Source: a virus. From it: 64,000 bases of DNA. The DNA lies in IMG/VR virus record IMGVR_UViG_3300010278_000003. The stretch is one strand, 5' to 3'. The first letter of the stretch is position 1. Every line of letters begins with the position of its first letter. Of the stretch, positions 28,371 through 38,235 are shown piece by piece. The notes under the pieces are model-generated. The model made no database searches and was not told the DNA's origin. It was given only the letters and a program-made list of their open reading frames with translations. The position numbers and the translations under genes were made by a program.

Positions 28371-28748
28371 ATGTATAAACAAATCATAATAATTCGAAAG
28401 GATTTGTCAATGTCTCCGGGCAAAATGTCGGCTCAGGTATCACATGCATCTATGGCTTTTCTTAGTTGGTTTATTAGAAATAATACTGATTTAGATGGAC
28501 ATGTTGACGGATATATAGACGAAGATATTTTCCATAATTGGATCGAAGGAGAATTTACTAAGTGTGTTTTGCAAGCTAAAAACAGAATCCAATTATTAAA
28601 AGCTAAGACCATAGCAGAAGAATTAGGAATGGTCGAAGGGCAAGATTTTTGGCTAATAAAGGATTCGTGTAGAACAGAATTAGAACCGGAAGAAATTGAT
28701 AAAAATGGAGTAGGACGGACATTAACATGTATAGGGTTGAGCCAATGA
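28371..28748 (+). CDS. peptidyl-tRNA hydrolase, PTH2 family-like
   Basis: KQIIIIRKDLSMSPGKMSAQVSHASMAF matches the PTH2 consensus (vvRtDLkMgkGKiaAQcsHA). C-terminal GVGRTLTCIGL. Confidence 0.6.
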   Translation: MYKQIIIIRKDLSMSPGKMSAQVSHASMAFLSWFIRNNTDLDGHVDGYIDEDIFHNWIEGEFTKCVLQAKNRIQLLKAKTIAEELGMVEGQDFWLIKDSCRTELEPEEIDKNGVGRTLTCIGLSQ

Positions 28749-28775
28749 GAGAATAAATAATTGTGAGGTGAGTAG

Positions 28776-28979
28776 ATGAAAGCATATAAGTGTGATATTT
28801 GTGGCAAGTATTGCGATTATTCTCATAGTCTCTATGGCAACATAATGGTGCGAACTAAAAAGAAAAATTTTAATAAGAAGATGAAAAATATAAACGAATT
28901 ATGTGATAGTTGTTTTGAGGATTTACAGAGATATATACAAGATAAATATTTTGAGTACATGGATAAATATTCAGAGTAA
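28776..28979 (+). CDS. small zinc-ribbon protein
   Basis: CDIC…CDSC. GAGGTGAGTAG RBS. Confidence 0.45.
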   Translation: MKAYKCDICGKYCDYSHSLYGNIMVRTKKKNFNKKMKNINELCDSCFEDLQRYIQDKYFEYMDKYSE

Positions 28980-29025
28980 AGATTCGTTTCTTTTGAAAAT
29001 TTGAAAGGAGAAAATAATAACGAAG

Positions 29026-29349
29026 ATGTTTGACAGAATTTTCGATGCAATTAGCAATCTTAATAACAGCATTATACATTTAATTGATTGCTATAAGAGA
29101 GAACATGATGATGTGATTAGAACATATAATAGCTACAGAGATATTATTCAGGAACAGGATAGAATCATACAGTCGTTATTGAAATCACAGACAAACAATA
29201 AAGATATGGAATGTATGGTGTTTATTCCATACAGAGGTAAGCCAGTTGTAATTAAAAATGGCGAAGTAGTCAGCACAGATAATATGACTTCATTTGATAT
29301 TGATTGGGCTTATTATAGACGAACTAAAGTGACTGTGAGAGGAGAATAA
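29026..29349 (+). CDS. hypothetical protein
   Basis: 107-aa ORF. AAAGGAGAAAATAATAACGAAG RBS. Confidence 0.5.
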   Translation: MFDRIFDAISNLNNSIIHLIDCYKREHDDVIRTYNSYRDIIQEQDRIIQSLLKSQTNNKDMECMVFIPYRGKPVVIKNGEVVSTDNMTSFDIDWAYYRRTKVTVRGE

Positions 29350-29353
29350 ATAT

Positions 29354-29533
29354 ATGACAGTCAAGGAGTTAAAAGAATTATTAGAAAACCTACCAGAAGA
29401 TATATTTGTTTGTTGCAATGGCATAGGTGGTAAATATCTCATAACAAACAGTGGTGTTGTTGCAGTTGATTCAGAAGATGAAGACTTCTTTGTGAGTGAT
29501 GATGTCCTTGTGTTATATACGGAAGGAAAGTAA
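29354..29533 (+). CDS. small hypothetical protein (59 aa)
   Basis: Not in the track. ATG follows GAGAGGAGAATAAATAT. Confidence 0.4.
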   Translation: MTVKELKELLENLPEDIFVCCNGIGGKYLITNSGVVAVDSEDEDFFVSDDVLVLYTEGK

Positions 29534-29562
29534 GAATTATCGGTTTCCTTGGAGGTGAAAAA

Positions 29563-30126
29563 GTGAGAAAAGAGACAGTATCAATATTTGAACCAGGTGA
29601 TGTTGTGTTATTCCAAACTGGTGAAAATAGACTTAAAAGCAATATTGGCATGATTCTCAAGCATAAAGAAAATGGTAATTATGCTATTTTAAGTGTTTAT
29701 AGTAGTGTATATAAAGATGTTAAGCCATCATGGATTACTAGCGTGAATGATGTGGAGAATATACGAAATGAAATTACTTCACATTACGAAGAAAACATTT
29801 TGGAATTACAGAGCAAAATCAGAAAACCAACACAAGAAGAGAAAGAATCTGAAAAGGTTGAGAAATATGATAAGTTGAAGAAACAGATTATTGCAACTGC
29901 AAAGAACATGATCAGCTACAAGGATGATTGTGATTTTGAGGATAAATTAAAAGCAATTTCGGATATGAAGCGTGAGCTTTTTTCAATTAAATTGGAATGT
30001 GCATCAGATATTAGAAAAGAAAACGGAAGAATTAAGTGGAAGATTAGAGAAGAAAAATCTATTAGAGATAACTTTTTAAAGAATATCAGTGATGAAAAAA
30101 TTCAAGTAGCATTTGACTTCAAATAA
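29563..30126 (+). CDS. hypothetical protein
   Basis: GTG start 5 nt after GGAGGTGA. 187 aa. Confidence 0.5.
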   Translation: MRKETVSIFEPGDVVLFQTGENRLKSNIGMILKHKENGNYAILSVYSSVYKDVKPSWITSVNDVENIRNEITSHYEENILELQSKIRKPTQEEKESEKVEKYDKLKKQIIATAKNMISYKDDCDFEDKLKAISDMKRELFSIKLECASDIRKENGRIKWKIREEKSIRDNFLKNISDEKIQVAFDFK

Positions 30127-30160
30127 GTAATGTAATTCAGTTTCCTTTGGAGGTGACAAA

Positions 30161-30337
30161 TTGGATAATCGAACAGAATATAAACTAAGAAAATGTCATT
30201 GTGGTGGAGAAGTTGAATTATTTTCATCAAAACCTTGGTCACAAGATCCTGAAATTCATTGTAAGAAATGTGGTGGAACTTGGCGATATGGAACATACTC
30301 AGATTATTTAACTGTTAAAGAATGGAATGGAGAATAA
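30161..30337 (+). CDS. small zinc-ribbon protein (58 aa)
   Basis: Not in the track. TTG start 5 nt after GGAGGTGA. CHCGG…CKKCGG. Confidence 0.4.
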   Translation: MDNRTEYKLRKCHCGGEVELFSSKPWSQDPEIHCKKCGGTWRYGTYSDYLTVKEWNGE

Positions 30338-30575
30338 CATAATAACACCACCAGTAATACAAAGTTTAACAAACGAAAATACAATGTTGGCAAGTGCTTC
30401 TATAGAAGATTTACAACAATATAAGAAAAATGCTTGTAAAATTCTTAGAAGTCAGACACAGTGTGCTACTGCAAAAATCGTAGAAGAGTTGATTAACCAG
30501 GAAATTATGAACAGAAGAATTATTGAAGAATGGAATAAAATCTATGAACAATTTCCTGAACATGTGGGAATGTAG
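30327..30575 (+). CDS. hypothetical protein
   Basis: 82-aa ORF overlapping the upstream stop (ATGGAGAATAA). Confidence 0.45.
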   Translation: MENNIITPPVIQSLTNENTMLASASIEDLQQYKKNACKILRSQTQCATAKIVEELINQEIMNRRIIEEWNKIYEQFPEHVGM

Positions 30576-30586
30576 GAGTGAGAATT

Positions 30587-30769
30587 GTGGCAACAAAACT
30601 TATTAAAACAATAAATGAAATTGAGATAGAGGAAATTCTTGCAAAGTATCTTCATGTTTTTGATTGTGCATTAAAAATCATAGACACCAAAAATGGGCAA
30701 TCTGTTGTAGCAGAAGTTTATGAACGAGTAGAGAATAATCTATCAGAGGGTGAAATAAATGAGTTGTAA
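30587..30769 (+). CDS. hypothetical protein
   Basis: The track start GTG 30578 lies inside the SD AGGAGTGAG. GTG 30587 has about 6 nt spacing. Confidence 0.4.
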   Translation: MATKLIKTINEIEIEEILAKYLHVFDCALKIIDTKNGQSVVAEVYERVENNLSEGEINEL

Positions 30770-31145
30770 ATATCCAAAAGAAAGTAGAATGCATTATGCA
30801 TGTATTCTATGCGATGAAAAGAATGTATGTAAAGTATCTTATTTGCCTTTAACAGACTCTAACATTTCTATGCCAGAAGTTCAGCCACCAAAGAATGTTA
30901 TTCCGTCTGCATCAGAAGCAAATAAGATGACAAACAATGTAATTGATAGTTACACTACACAGCAATTAGCAGAATTATCTAAATTAATTAGAGATGCAAT
31001 TGCAGATGGCAAATTTTCAATCGGTGAAGATGGTTGTTTAAAACCTGAAACACGAAAGAAATTAGAGGAACTTGGTTATAAGATTGAAACTGGCAATCAA
31101 TATAATGAACCATATTACAGTATCAGTTGGAGAGAAACGAAATAA
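30759..31145 (+). CDS. hypothetical protein
   Basis: 128-aa ORF. Confidence 0.5.
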   Translation: MSCKYPKESRMHYACILCDEKNVCKVSYLPLTDSNISMPEVQPPKNVIPSASEANKMTNNVIDSYTTQQLAELSKLIRDAIADGKFSIGEDGCLKPETRKKLEELGYKIETGNQYNEPYYSISWRETK

Positions 31146-31186
31146 ATTTCGATTTCATTTGGAGAATAAGTTAACGAAAGGAGATA

Positions 31187-32080
31187 GTGATATTGATTAA
31201 ATTTAAAGTAATTGACTGTAAAAATTACATCTATATCTCGAAGGGTGATAGGTGGAATTGTAATTGCAGCAAATATTTATTTGATGGTAAGGTAGCAGAG
31301 CCTACAAATAAAACAGAATGGTATAGATTAGATAAGATTCCAACTGTCGTGTCAGAAAAGAAACCTGATGAACGTATCAATAAGAGATACGAATTAAAAG
31401 CGGGATATACTGCAAATGATTTAATGCCAAAGGTTATCAATGAAGACCAAACAGATGAATATGAGGAAGTAATTGGTTTATATACATATAAGTATGATTC
31501 AGTTCCAGGTGGTTATGAGGATATTGAGTTTAGCATTGAGAAAATTTATGAGAGAAAAGATTTTGAATTTATCCCTAACAAATATAATGCTGAAACTGAT
31601 TTAATTACACAGATTGAATATCCAGAAGAAGTATATCAGGATAAGCCATGTAGAATTGATTCTTCTCGTATGCTAAAACTTATCAGGAAATATGTAAAAG
31701 CACACATTAACACTTCTGTTGCAACTATCAAGTCTGATTATGATTTTCATTTCCAAGTAGTAAAGAAAATTGCTTTAGCTGATCCGTATAGCATCAGAGT
31801 TGATACAAATAATTCCTTTACGGATAAAAGAAGAAAACCTAAATGGGTGAACAGAATGATTTCCACTAAGGAGACAACTATTATCAATTTTAAGGATAAA
31901 TCATCTTCTACTGATTACGGGGACGATTGTAGAATTGCTCCAACGATTGACGGTAAAAACTGTGTGGATTTACAGAATAAAGTAGAGAATTATCTATCAG
32001 AACTTATGAAACAGATTAACAAAAACTATTGTGAATGTCCTAATTGTAAAGGTTGGGGAATTGTAGAGGTAAAAGAATAA
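31187..32080 (+). CDS. hypothetical protein with C-terminal CxxCxNCxG knuckle
   Basis: 297 aa. AAAGGAGATAG RBS. Start is GTG 31187 or TTG 31193. Confidence 0.5.
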   Translation: MILIKFKVIDCKNYIYISKGDRWNCNCSKYLFDGKVAEPTNKTEWYRLDKIPTVVSEKKPDERINKRYELKAGYTANDLMPKVINEDQTDEYEEVIGLYTYKYDSVPGGYEDIEFSIEKIYERKDFEFIPNKYNAETDLITQIEYPEEVYQDKPCRIDSSRMLKLIRKYVKAHINTSVATIKSDYDFHFQVVKKIALADPYSIRVDTNNSFTDKRRKPKWVNRMISTKETTIINFKDKSSSTDYGDDCRIAPTIDGKNCVDLQNKVENYLSELMKQINKNYCECPNCKGWGIVEVKE

Positions 32081-32355
32081 TGGCAAAGAAAGTATTTAGT
32101 AAGGATTATCTAAAGGATGAGCTTGATTTACCATATAGCAATACAGTTGTAGATAAGATTATTGACACTACTCGATGGTCAATCGTGCATGAAATTGTAT
32201 TTGAAAACAATGGCAAGTTTTATCAAACAACATATTCTGAAGGTGCTACTGAGATGCAAGATGAACGTCCTTGGGAATACGAAGATGAAATTGAGTGTAT
32301 AGAGGTAGAACTTCGTGAAATTAAGATTAAAAAGTGGATGCCTGTAGAAGATTAA
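32080..32355 (+). CDS. hypothetical protein
   Basis: ATG 32080 (ORF 32053), overlapping stop/start TAATG. Confidence 0.45.
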   Translation: MAKKVFSKDYLKDELDLPYSNTVVDKIIDTTRWSIVHEIVFENNGKFYQTTYSEGATEMQDERPWEYEDEIECIEVELREIKIKKWMPVED

Positions 32356-32412
32356 ATTGAAAGGCAATTTTAAATGATTTTTCTGAAGAATATTAAAGTG
32401 GAGGTAATTATA

Positions 32413-32673
32413 ATGACAAGTTATGAATTTGAAAAAGCTGCAAAGAATGCAGTGATTCAGACATTGAGTGAAAACATCAGTATTGACCAGTTGGATCTCG
32501 TGTGGTTTGCACATGAGTTAGGTTATAAGAAGTGTACTATTTGGGGACAGCCAATGGGTAACAGATATGCAGAAGTTACTTATAACAGAGATAAAGATGA
32601 GATATATGTAGACATTTATCAGAAGATTATTAACAACAAGATTTCATCTGATGAGTTAAATTTTGAAGCGTAA
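32413..32673 (+). CDS. hypothetical protein
   Basis: ATG 32413 (ORF 32374) after GGAGGT. Confidence 0.45.
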   Translation: MTSYEFEKAAKNAVIQTLSENISIDQLDLVWFAHELGYKKCTIWGQPMGNRYAEVTYNRDKDEIYVDIYQKIINNKISSDELNFEA

Positions 32674-32687
32674 AGGAGAATATACAT

Positions 32688-33047
32688 ATGAATGAAACAA
32701 TTAAAAATGAAGAAGCGTTGGAAGAAGTTAATCCAGTTGATGAGTATTTAAAAAACTATAAGGAACAGAAACTTGCAGAGTTTTGTGTTCAGAAGGACAA
32801 AGAGATTGAGAACCGTAAAAATGAGCGTCAGAAACTCATGGAACAGATTACAGATATGAAGGATAAAGCCCAGAAACATGATGAAATTTGGAAAGATATC
32901 GACAAATTATATGAAGAAATTAAGAAAATGCCAGTAGATGATTTTTTAAAATTATATCATAAATTTGCAAATGATATATCTGGAAAGTCCTCGGCTACAA
33001 TTACAACAATACTTCCTAGTCGTGTTGATATTAATAGCAATTGGTAA
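32688..33047 (+). CDS. hypothetical coiled-coil protein
   Basis: 119-aa, Lys/Glu-rich ORF. AAAGGAGAATATACAT RBS. Confidence 0.5.
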   Translation: MNETIKNEEALEEVNPVDEYLKNYKEQKLAEFCVQKDKEIENRKNERQKLMEQITDMKDKAQKHDEIWKDIDKLYEEIKKMPVDDFLKLYHKFANDISGKSSATITTILPSRVDINSNW

Positions 33048-33196
33048 AATAAGAGTACATGAAACTGACATTTCATTGGCTTCGCAAACCCAGTATTTAC
33101 AAGGGTTTCAGAGATTAAAAAAATCAAAAATGCTCAAATCGAGTGAAAATCCCTAATTTTCAATGATTTTTAGAGAATAACAAAAATGAGGTGCTG

Positions 33197-33221
33197 AAAA
33201 CCCTTATAAATCAAGGGTTTT
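33197..33221 (+). terminator. Rho-independent terminator
   Basis: AAAACCCTT-ataaatc-AAGGGTTTT, a 9-bp stem. A second weaker hairpin with the same AAACCC/GGGTTT stem is at 33086..33108. Confidence 0.5.
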
Positions 33222-33300
33222 ACAGTATCAATATCAAGAAACAGAAAATATAAGAATAGCAAGAAATCACTGTTTCCTGTGGATTTTGAGGAGGTAAGAA

Positions 33301-33699
33301 ATGGATACGCAGCTATGTAAAGCAAAGAGCATTAGTAATGGTCGATGGGTTTGTGGATATTATGTAAAAGGTTTAGATATGTATGGCAAAGAAATTCATA
33401 TGATATTTGAACCAGCAACAGTATTCTATTCTCATGGTGAAACCGATGGTTTTGAAGAAATAGACCCAAAGACATTGTGTAGATGTACTGGCAGCCATGA
33501 TAAAAATGGTAAGTTAATCTTTGAAAACGACATTTTAAATGGAGAATTATATAATGTAGTCTCTTACGGAAATGGTGAGAATGAATTTCTCGGAATGAAT
33601 GTTGGTTGGTATGTTCAGAGAGATAACTTTGAATCATGGTGTGAATTAAATGATTTGAAAACGTATGAAGTAACAGGAAATATCTTAGATAATATCTAA
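33301..33699 (+). CDS. YopX-family protein
   Basis: GRWVCGYYV…TLCRCTGSHDKNGKLIFENDIL matches the recalled YopX pattern. AGGAGGTAAG RBS. Confidence 0.55.
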   Translation: MDTQLCKAKSISNGRWVCGYYVKGLDMYGKEIHMIFEPATVFYSHGETDGFEEIDPKTLCRCTGSHDKNGKLIFENDILNGELYNVVSYGNGENEFLGMNVGWYVQRDNFESWCELNDLKTYEVTGNILDNI

Positions 33700-33743
33700 T
33701 CAGTCTTGAACAATTCAGCTCAAAAATTCAAAAAAAACAAGAT

Positions 33744-34020
33744 GTCTCGAAAATCATATAGAAATCGAGACAAACAATTGATTTCTATTTTTAATTCATT
33801 TTAACGTTCCATTTTGTTCACATAATTTAAAACAATTTTTAATTATTCAAATCTCAAAACAAACAAATAAGAGAATAAAAAATGGGTAAAACAGCGTACC
33901 CTTGATTAAAGTCAGCCAAAATTCGCTGTTTAACATAGATGTTTACATAAAATAACTTTTGTGTTTCATCCGTTTGGGTGTTTAGATAGATTGTTTTATT
34001 AACAATATTTACATAAATTT
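33744..34020. promoter_or_regulatory. Long AT-rich intergenic region with iteron-like repeats upstream of the replication module (candidate promoter/origin region)
   Basis: 346-nt gap. Inverted repeat GTCTCGA…TCGAGAC (33744..33771). Three copies of T(T/C)ACATAA(A/T)T at about 33816, 33943 and 34009. Confidence 0.35.
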
Positions 34021-34045
34021 TTAATTTTAAGGAGGAAAAATTTTA

Positions 34046-34999
34046 ATGAAGGAACTCAAAAATTTAGTAACAGTAACAGGAAAGCTCGTAAAGAATAACA
34101 TCGAGGAGTTTACTACAAAGAAGGGTGAGGAAGCTATCGGAGGAAGTCTCGTATTAAGAACTGCTGACGATAGTGAGCATGAAATCAATTTCTTTGCTTA
34201 CAAGTATAAGAAGGATGAGAATAAGAATTTCACTTCTGAGGAGAGTTATTTCTACAAGCAGTACACAGATGCAATGAATCTCAAGGATATTGAACATTGT
34301 GCAGAGGGAGAGACACCTGACATTATCTCTATTACAGATGGTATGTTTACAGCAAACGATTTCAAGGGTAACGATGGAAATGTTGTATCTACAAATAAGA
34401 TTTCAGCAAGATTCATCAATAGAGTTGAGCCAAAGGATTATGAGAGTACAGTTCTCGAAGCTAAATTTGAGGTAGAAGGTATTATCGAATCTATCACTGA
34501 TGAGGTTGTTAAGGAAGTACCTACTGGGAATCTTATAATTAGAATGAATGCTATTGGTCAGAGAGCTGATGGATTTGGCAAGGATGTCAAGTATGAAGCT
34601 GATTCACTTATTCCAATTAAGATGACAGTTGATAAGTCAATGGCAGATGCATTCAGAAGTGCGGGTTACTACGATGGATGCTTTACAAAGCTTGCTGGTG
34701 TAGTTATTAACTCTGTTGATATTCAGGAAGTTGTAGAGAAGGCTGCGTTTGGTACAGATATTGTTAAGAAGGTAAAGACAACAATTAGAAAGAATGATGT
34801 TAAGTCTGGTATTGCAGCTTCAACAGTATTTGAGCATGAACTTACACAGGATATTATTGACACATTAAAGTCTAAGAGAAAGGCTAAGTTAGCCGAAATC
34901 AAGGCAGGAGAGTCATCTTCTCAGACAGCAGAGGGATTCCAGAAGAACAATAGTACACCAATTCCACAGACTACATATAATCCATTTGCACAGCAGTAA
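34046..34999 (+). CDS. putative ssDNA-binding/annealing protein (assigned by position)
   Basis: First gene of the replication operon, with a very strong RBS (AAGGAGG, 10-nt spacer). 317 aa with a Gly/Ser-rich C-terminal tail. Function inferred only from context upstream of the AAA_24 ATPase. Confidence 0.3.
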   Translation: MKELKNLVTVTGKLVKNNIEEFTTKKGEEAIGGSLVLRTADDSEHEINFFAYKYKKDENKNFTSEESYFYKQYTDAMNLKDIEHCAEGETPDIISITDGMFTANDFKGNDGNVVSTNKISARFINRVEPKDYESTVLEAKFEVEGIIESITDEVVKEVPTGNLIIRMNAIGQRADGFGKDVKYEADSLIPIKMTVDKSMADAFRSAGYYDGCFTKLAGVVINSVDIQEVVEKAAFGTDIVKKVKTTIRKNDVKSGIAASTVFEHELTQDIIDTLKSKRKAKLAEIKAGESSSQTAEGFQKNNSTPIPQTTYNPFAQQ

Positions 35000-35076
35000 G
35001 ATTAAAAGCCTACTCAAGAGTAATCTTGGGTAGGTGAATCATAAGAAATACAAACAATAAAGGAGATTATTATAAT

Positions 35077-36063
35077 ATGGTTGGAAATTTATTAGATTTA
35101 ACACCAAATAAGGTGTCAGTTGATTTAACTCAGTATTCTACAGTATGGATGGGAGATACAGGTGTTGGTAAAACAACAACTCTCATGAAGTTTTTAAAGG
35201 AACTTGTACCAGATAAAGATCCATTCTTCTTAGAATTTGAAGATAGATATCAGAACATTCCTGGTATTATGGCACAGAAAGTTGATACAATGTCTGATTT
35301 TAAGTCAATCATCGGTCAGTTAAAGAATCCAGCACTCAAGAAGAAGTTCTCTTGCATTGTAATTGATACTCTTGATAAGTATGAAGAATTTTGCGAGAGA
35401 TATGTGCTTGAAAATAGAGATGCTGAAATTTTAAAGGATGTTGGTGCATTTGGTGAAGGTTCTCTTCGTTTCAAAAGTGCATTAAGAAATATTGGTGTAA
35501 TTCAGAGTCTTGGATATACTGTACATTTTATTGCTCAGTCAACACATAGTAAAGATTTCGATACAAAGAAGGAAAGCGATGCTTTAAAGCTTAACAAGAA
35601 TACATTTTCTTATTGTAGAGAAGCTGCATACCTTGTTGGATATATGTTTAGGGATAATAAGGATGAGAGATATATCACATTTAAGAAGACAGATAAGTAT
35701 CCAGATCTAAAGGATACATTTGGACTTCCAGATAAAATTAATGTTAAAGATCTCAAGAAGGCTTGGACAAAGGCTGTTGAAGATTTAGGTGGAGATTTCA
35801 CAACTAAGGAAAAGACAATTGATAAGACAGCACCAGTTGAAGACTTTGAAGCAATCAAAGCAAAGGGCGTTGAGCTTGGTGGATTACTTGCATCAAATGG
35901 TCATCTTGCAGAAGCCACAGCAGTTCTTCAGAGAAATCTTGGTCTTGATGATAACGGAAATGTCAAAATGTTTGATACTCTTAGAGATACACAGCTTGAT
36001 CTCACAAAGGTTATTGTTATGGAACTTGAAGAGCTAATTGAGAAGTTTGGAATTAAGGCGTAA
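35077..36063 (+). CDS. AAA_24-family ATPase (Sak4-like recombination/replication ATPase)
   Basis: Walker A GDTGVGKTT near the N-terminus. Walker B-like CIVIDTLDKYEEF. Confidence 0.6.
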   Translation: MVGNLLDLTPNKVSVDLTQYSTVWMGDTGVGKTTTLMKFLKELVPDKDPFFLEFEDRYQNIPGIMAQKVDTMSDFKSIIGQLKNPALKKKFSCIVIDTLDKYEEFCERYVLENRDAEILKDVGAFGEGSLRFKSALRNIGVIQSLGYTVHFIAQSTHSKDFDTKKESDALKLNKNTFSYCREAAYLVGYMFRDNKDERYITFKKTDKYPDLKDTFGLPDKINVKDLKKAWTKAVEDLGGDFTTKEKTIDKTAPVEDFEAIKAKGVELGGLLASNGHLAEATAVLQRNLGLDDNGNVKMFDTLRDTQLDLTKVIVMELEELIEKFGIKA

Positions 36064-36114
36064 CAGATATAAGGGAGGGATTCTTCCCTCCTGTTCTTTG
36101 TAAAGTAGGTGTAT

Positions 36115-36612
36115 ATGGCTAGATTATCAACATGTAAAGGTTGTGGGAAGAAATTACAACCTGAAGAAAAACACATACACTCTTCAAAAACATACTGCGA
36201 AGAGTGTTTTAAGAAAATTGAGAGAGAATCTACTGAATATAAGCAGTTGATTGAATTTATCTGTAATAACTACGAGTTGGAAAAACCAACGGGATTTATG
36301 CTTAAACAAATTAAGGAACTTAGAACTGAATACGGATATTCATATGCGGCTATGACTTATACACTTTGGTACTGCAAAGAAATATTAAATAAGTCCTTGA
36401 TTGAAAAGTATGGTGTTGCATTAATCAAACATTACTATGATGAAGCAAAAGATTATTATTCACAGCAAGAAAAATTAAAAGAGCAAATCAACAAATTGTC
36501 AGATGTGGAAGTTAAAACAAAAGTTGTTAAAAAAACTTCTATGAACTCTAATAAAAAATCAGCATCTTTGATAGATTTGGGAAATTTGTTAGAAGGTGGT
36601 GATTCAAATTAA
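36115..36612 (+). CDS. zinc-ribbon protein
   Basis: CKGCGKK…CEEC. ATG 36115 after AGGTG. Confidence 0.5.
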   Translation: MARLSTCKGCGKKLQPEEKHIHSSKTYCEECFKKIERESTEYKQLIEFICNNYELEKPTGFMLKQIKELRTEYGYSYAAMTYTLWYCKEILNKSLIEKYGVALIKHYYDEAKDYYSQQEKLKEQINKLSDVEVKTKVVKKTSMNSNKKSASLIDLGNLLEGGDSN

Positions 36613-38224
36613 TTTTAATCAACAGGTAGATAAAAAGGCTATTTTCTTATTATTTGGGTGTTATTGTTTGAATCCAAGATATGTACTGGATGAAAAATAT
36701 TCAACAAATACAAATGATTATCCTGAGAATTTTCATAAAATGATATGGGGAGCAATCGTAAACATCGCTAAAAAAGGTAATGTAGAAAAGATTACACCTA
36801 TTGATATTGAAAATGAGATTTCTCAATTTGATACGGCAATTTCACTTTGGAAGAATAATGATGGTTGGGGATATATTGAGTCAGCCATAGAAATGTCTTC
36901 TGATAAAATCATGAATGTTGGTAAATATTATGACGATGTTCGTAAGTATTCAATTGTTAGAAATGCAGTAGAAGCATTAAAAATGGATATCAGCTTTTTA
37001 TATGATGAGAATGATGATGAGAAGTTAGAAGCATTCAATAAATTAACAAGTATGGATGTTCTCAATGAAATAAATAATAAATTTATGGATTTCAAATCAA
37101 TGTGGAAGAATATGTTTGGAGATAACTATTCGTTCAAAGTAGGAGATGGGATTATAGATAGATTAAGAGAACATAAAGAACAGCAGAATGTATATGGTTA
37201 TCCTTTTCAATCTGGATATTTAACAACTGTATATAGAGGTATGCGTCCTAAGAAATACATATTAAGAAGTTCTGTATCTGGTGGTGGTAAATCAAGAAGT
37301 TCTCTTGCTGACGGTTGTAATATGGTATCTGACCGAATATATGATTGGAGTAAAAAGGAATGGATATCTACAGGTGATAGTCAACCCGTGTTGTTTATTT
37401 CTACTGAGTTGGAAAAAGATGAAATTCAAGATATTATTCTTGCGCATGTGAGTGGTATTGAACAGGATCGAATTGAAACTTGGGATGACATTACACCAGA
37501 AGAAGAAAAAATTCTTGAAGAGTCAGCAAAATATATTGAGACATATGAATATTACGTTGAGTATATGCCTGATTTTACTATTGACCTCATTTCTGAAACA
37601 ATCGAAAAATATATCTTAAATTATGGAATAGTCGCTTGTTTCTTTGACTATATCAACGATTCCCCTTCATTATATGAATATTATTACAATAAAACACACA
37701 CAAGATTAAGAACTGATCAGATTCTTTTCTTATTTAGTGCAGCATTGAAGTCTGTATGTAACAAGTTTGGTATATATTTGGGTTCAGCAACACAGTTAAA
37801 TGATAACTACAAAGAAGAGAATAATAAGGATGCAGGTGCATTAAAGGGTTCTAAAGCTATTATTGAAAAAGCTGATGGTGGTATTTTAGCATTACCAGTA
37901 ACTCATAAGGACTTAAAAAAGCTTAAACCTATTCTTGAAAGTGATGGAAGTTTTGGAAAGCTCGTACCTAATATGTCTTATTATATTTTTAAAAATCGTG
38001 GCGGTAAGTGGAAGACAATTATTATTTGGACAAAGCTTAATATGGGAACCATGAGAGAAGTTGATTGTTTTGTAACAGATTATAACTATGAACTTATAAC
38101 GGATATAGAGCAAACACTTATTGATTTCAAACTTGATGATGTAGGTGATGTTGGAATTATTGAAACAGATGTTGATGTTTCAGGATCAGATTTAGCGACA
38201 GAATTATCAAAAGTATCTAAATAG
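36596..38224 (+). CDS. DnaB-like replicative DNA helicase
   Basis: 542 aa. Walker A SVSGGGKS. Positioned immediately upstream of the primase. Confidence 0.5.
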   Translation: MVIQINFNQQVDKKAIFLLFGCYCLNPRYVLDEKYSTNTNDYPENFHKMIWGAIVNIAKKGNVEKITPIDIENEISQFDTAISLWKNNDGWGYIESAIEMSSDKIMNVGKYYDDVRKYSIVRNAVEALKMDISFLYDENDDEKLEAFNKLTSMDVLNEINNKFMDFKSMWKNMFGDNYSFKVGDGIIDRLREHKEQQNVYGYPFQSGYLTTVYRGMRPKKYILRSSVSGGGKSRSSLADGCNMVSDRIYDWSKKEWISTGDSQPVLFISTELEKDEIQDIILAHVSGIEQDRIETWDDITPEEEKILEESAKYIETYEYYVEYMPDFTIDLISETIEKYILNYGIVACFFDYINDSPSLYEYYYNKTHTRLRTDQILFLFSAALKSVCNKFGIYLGSATQLNDNYKEENNKDAGALKGSKAIIEKADGGILALPVTHKDLKKLKPILESDGSFGKLVPNMSYYIFKNRGGKWKTIIIWTKLNMGTMREVDCFVTDYNYELITDIEQTLIDFKLDDVGDVGIIETDVDVSGSDLATELSKVSK

Positions 38225-38235
38225 GGAGGTATACG

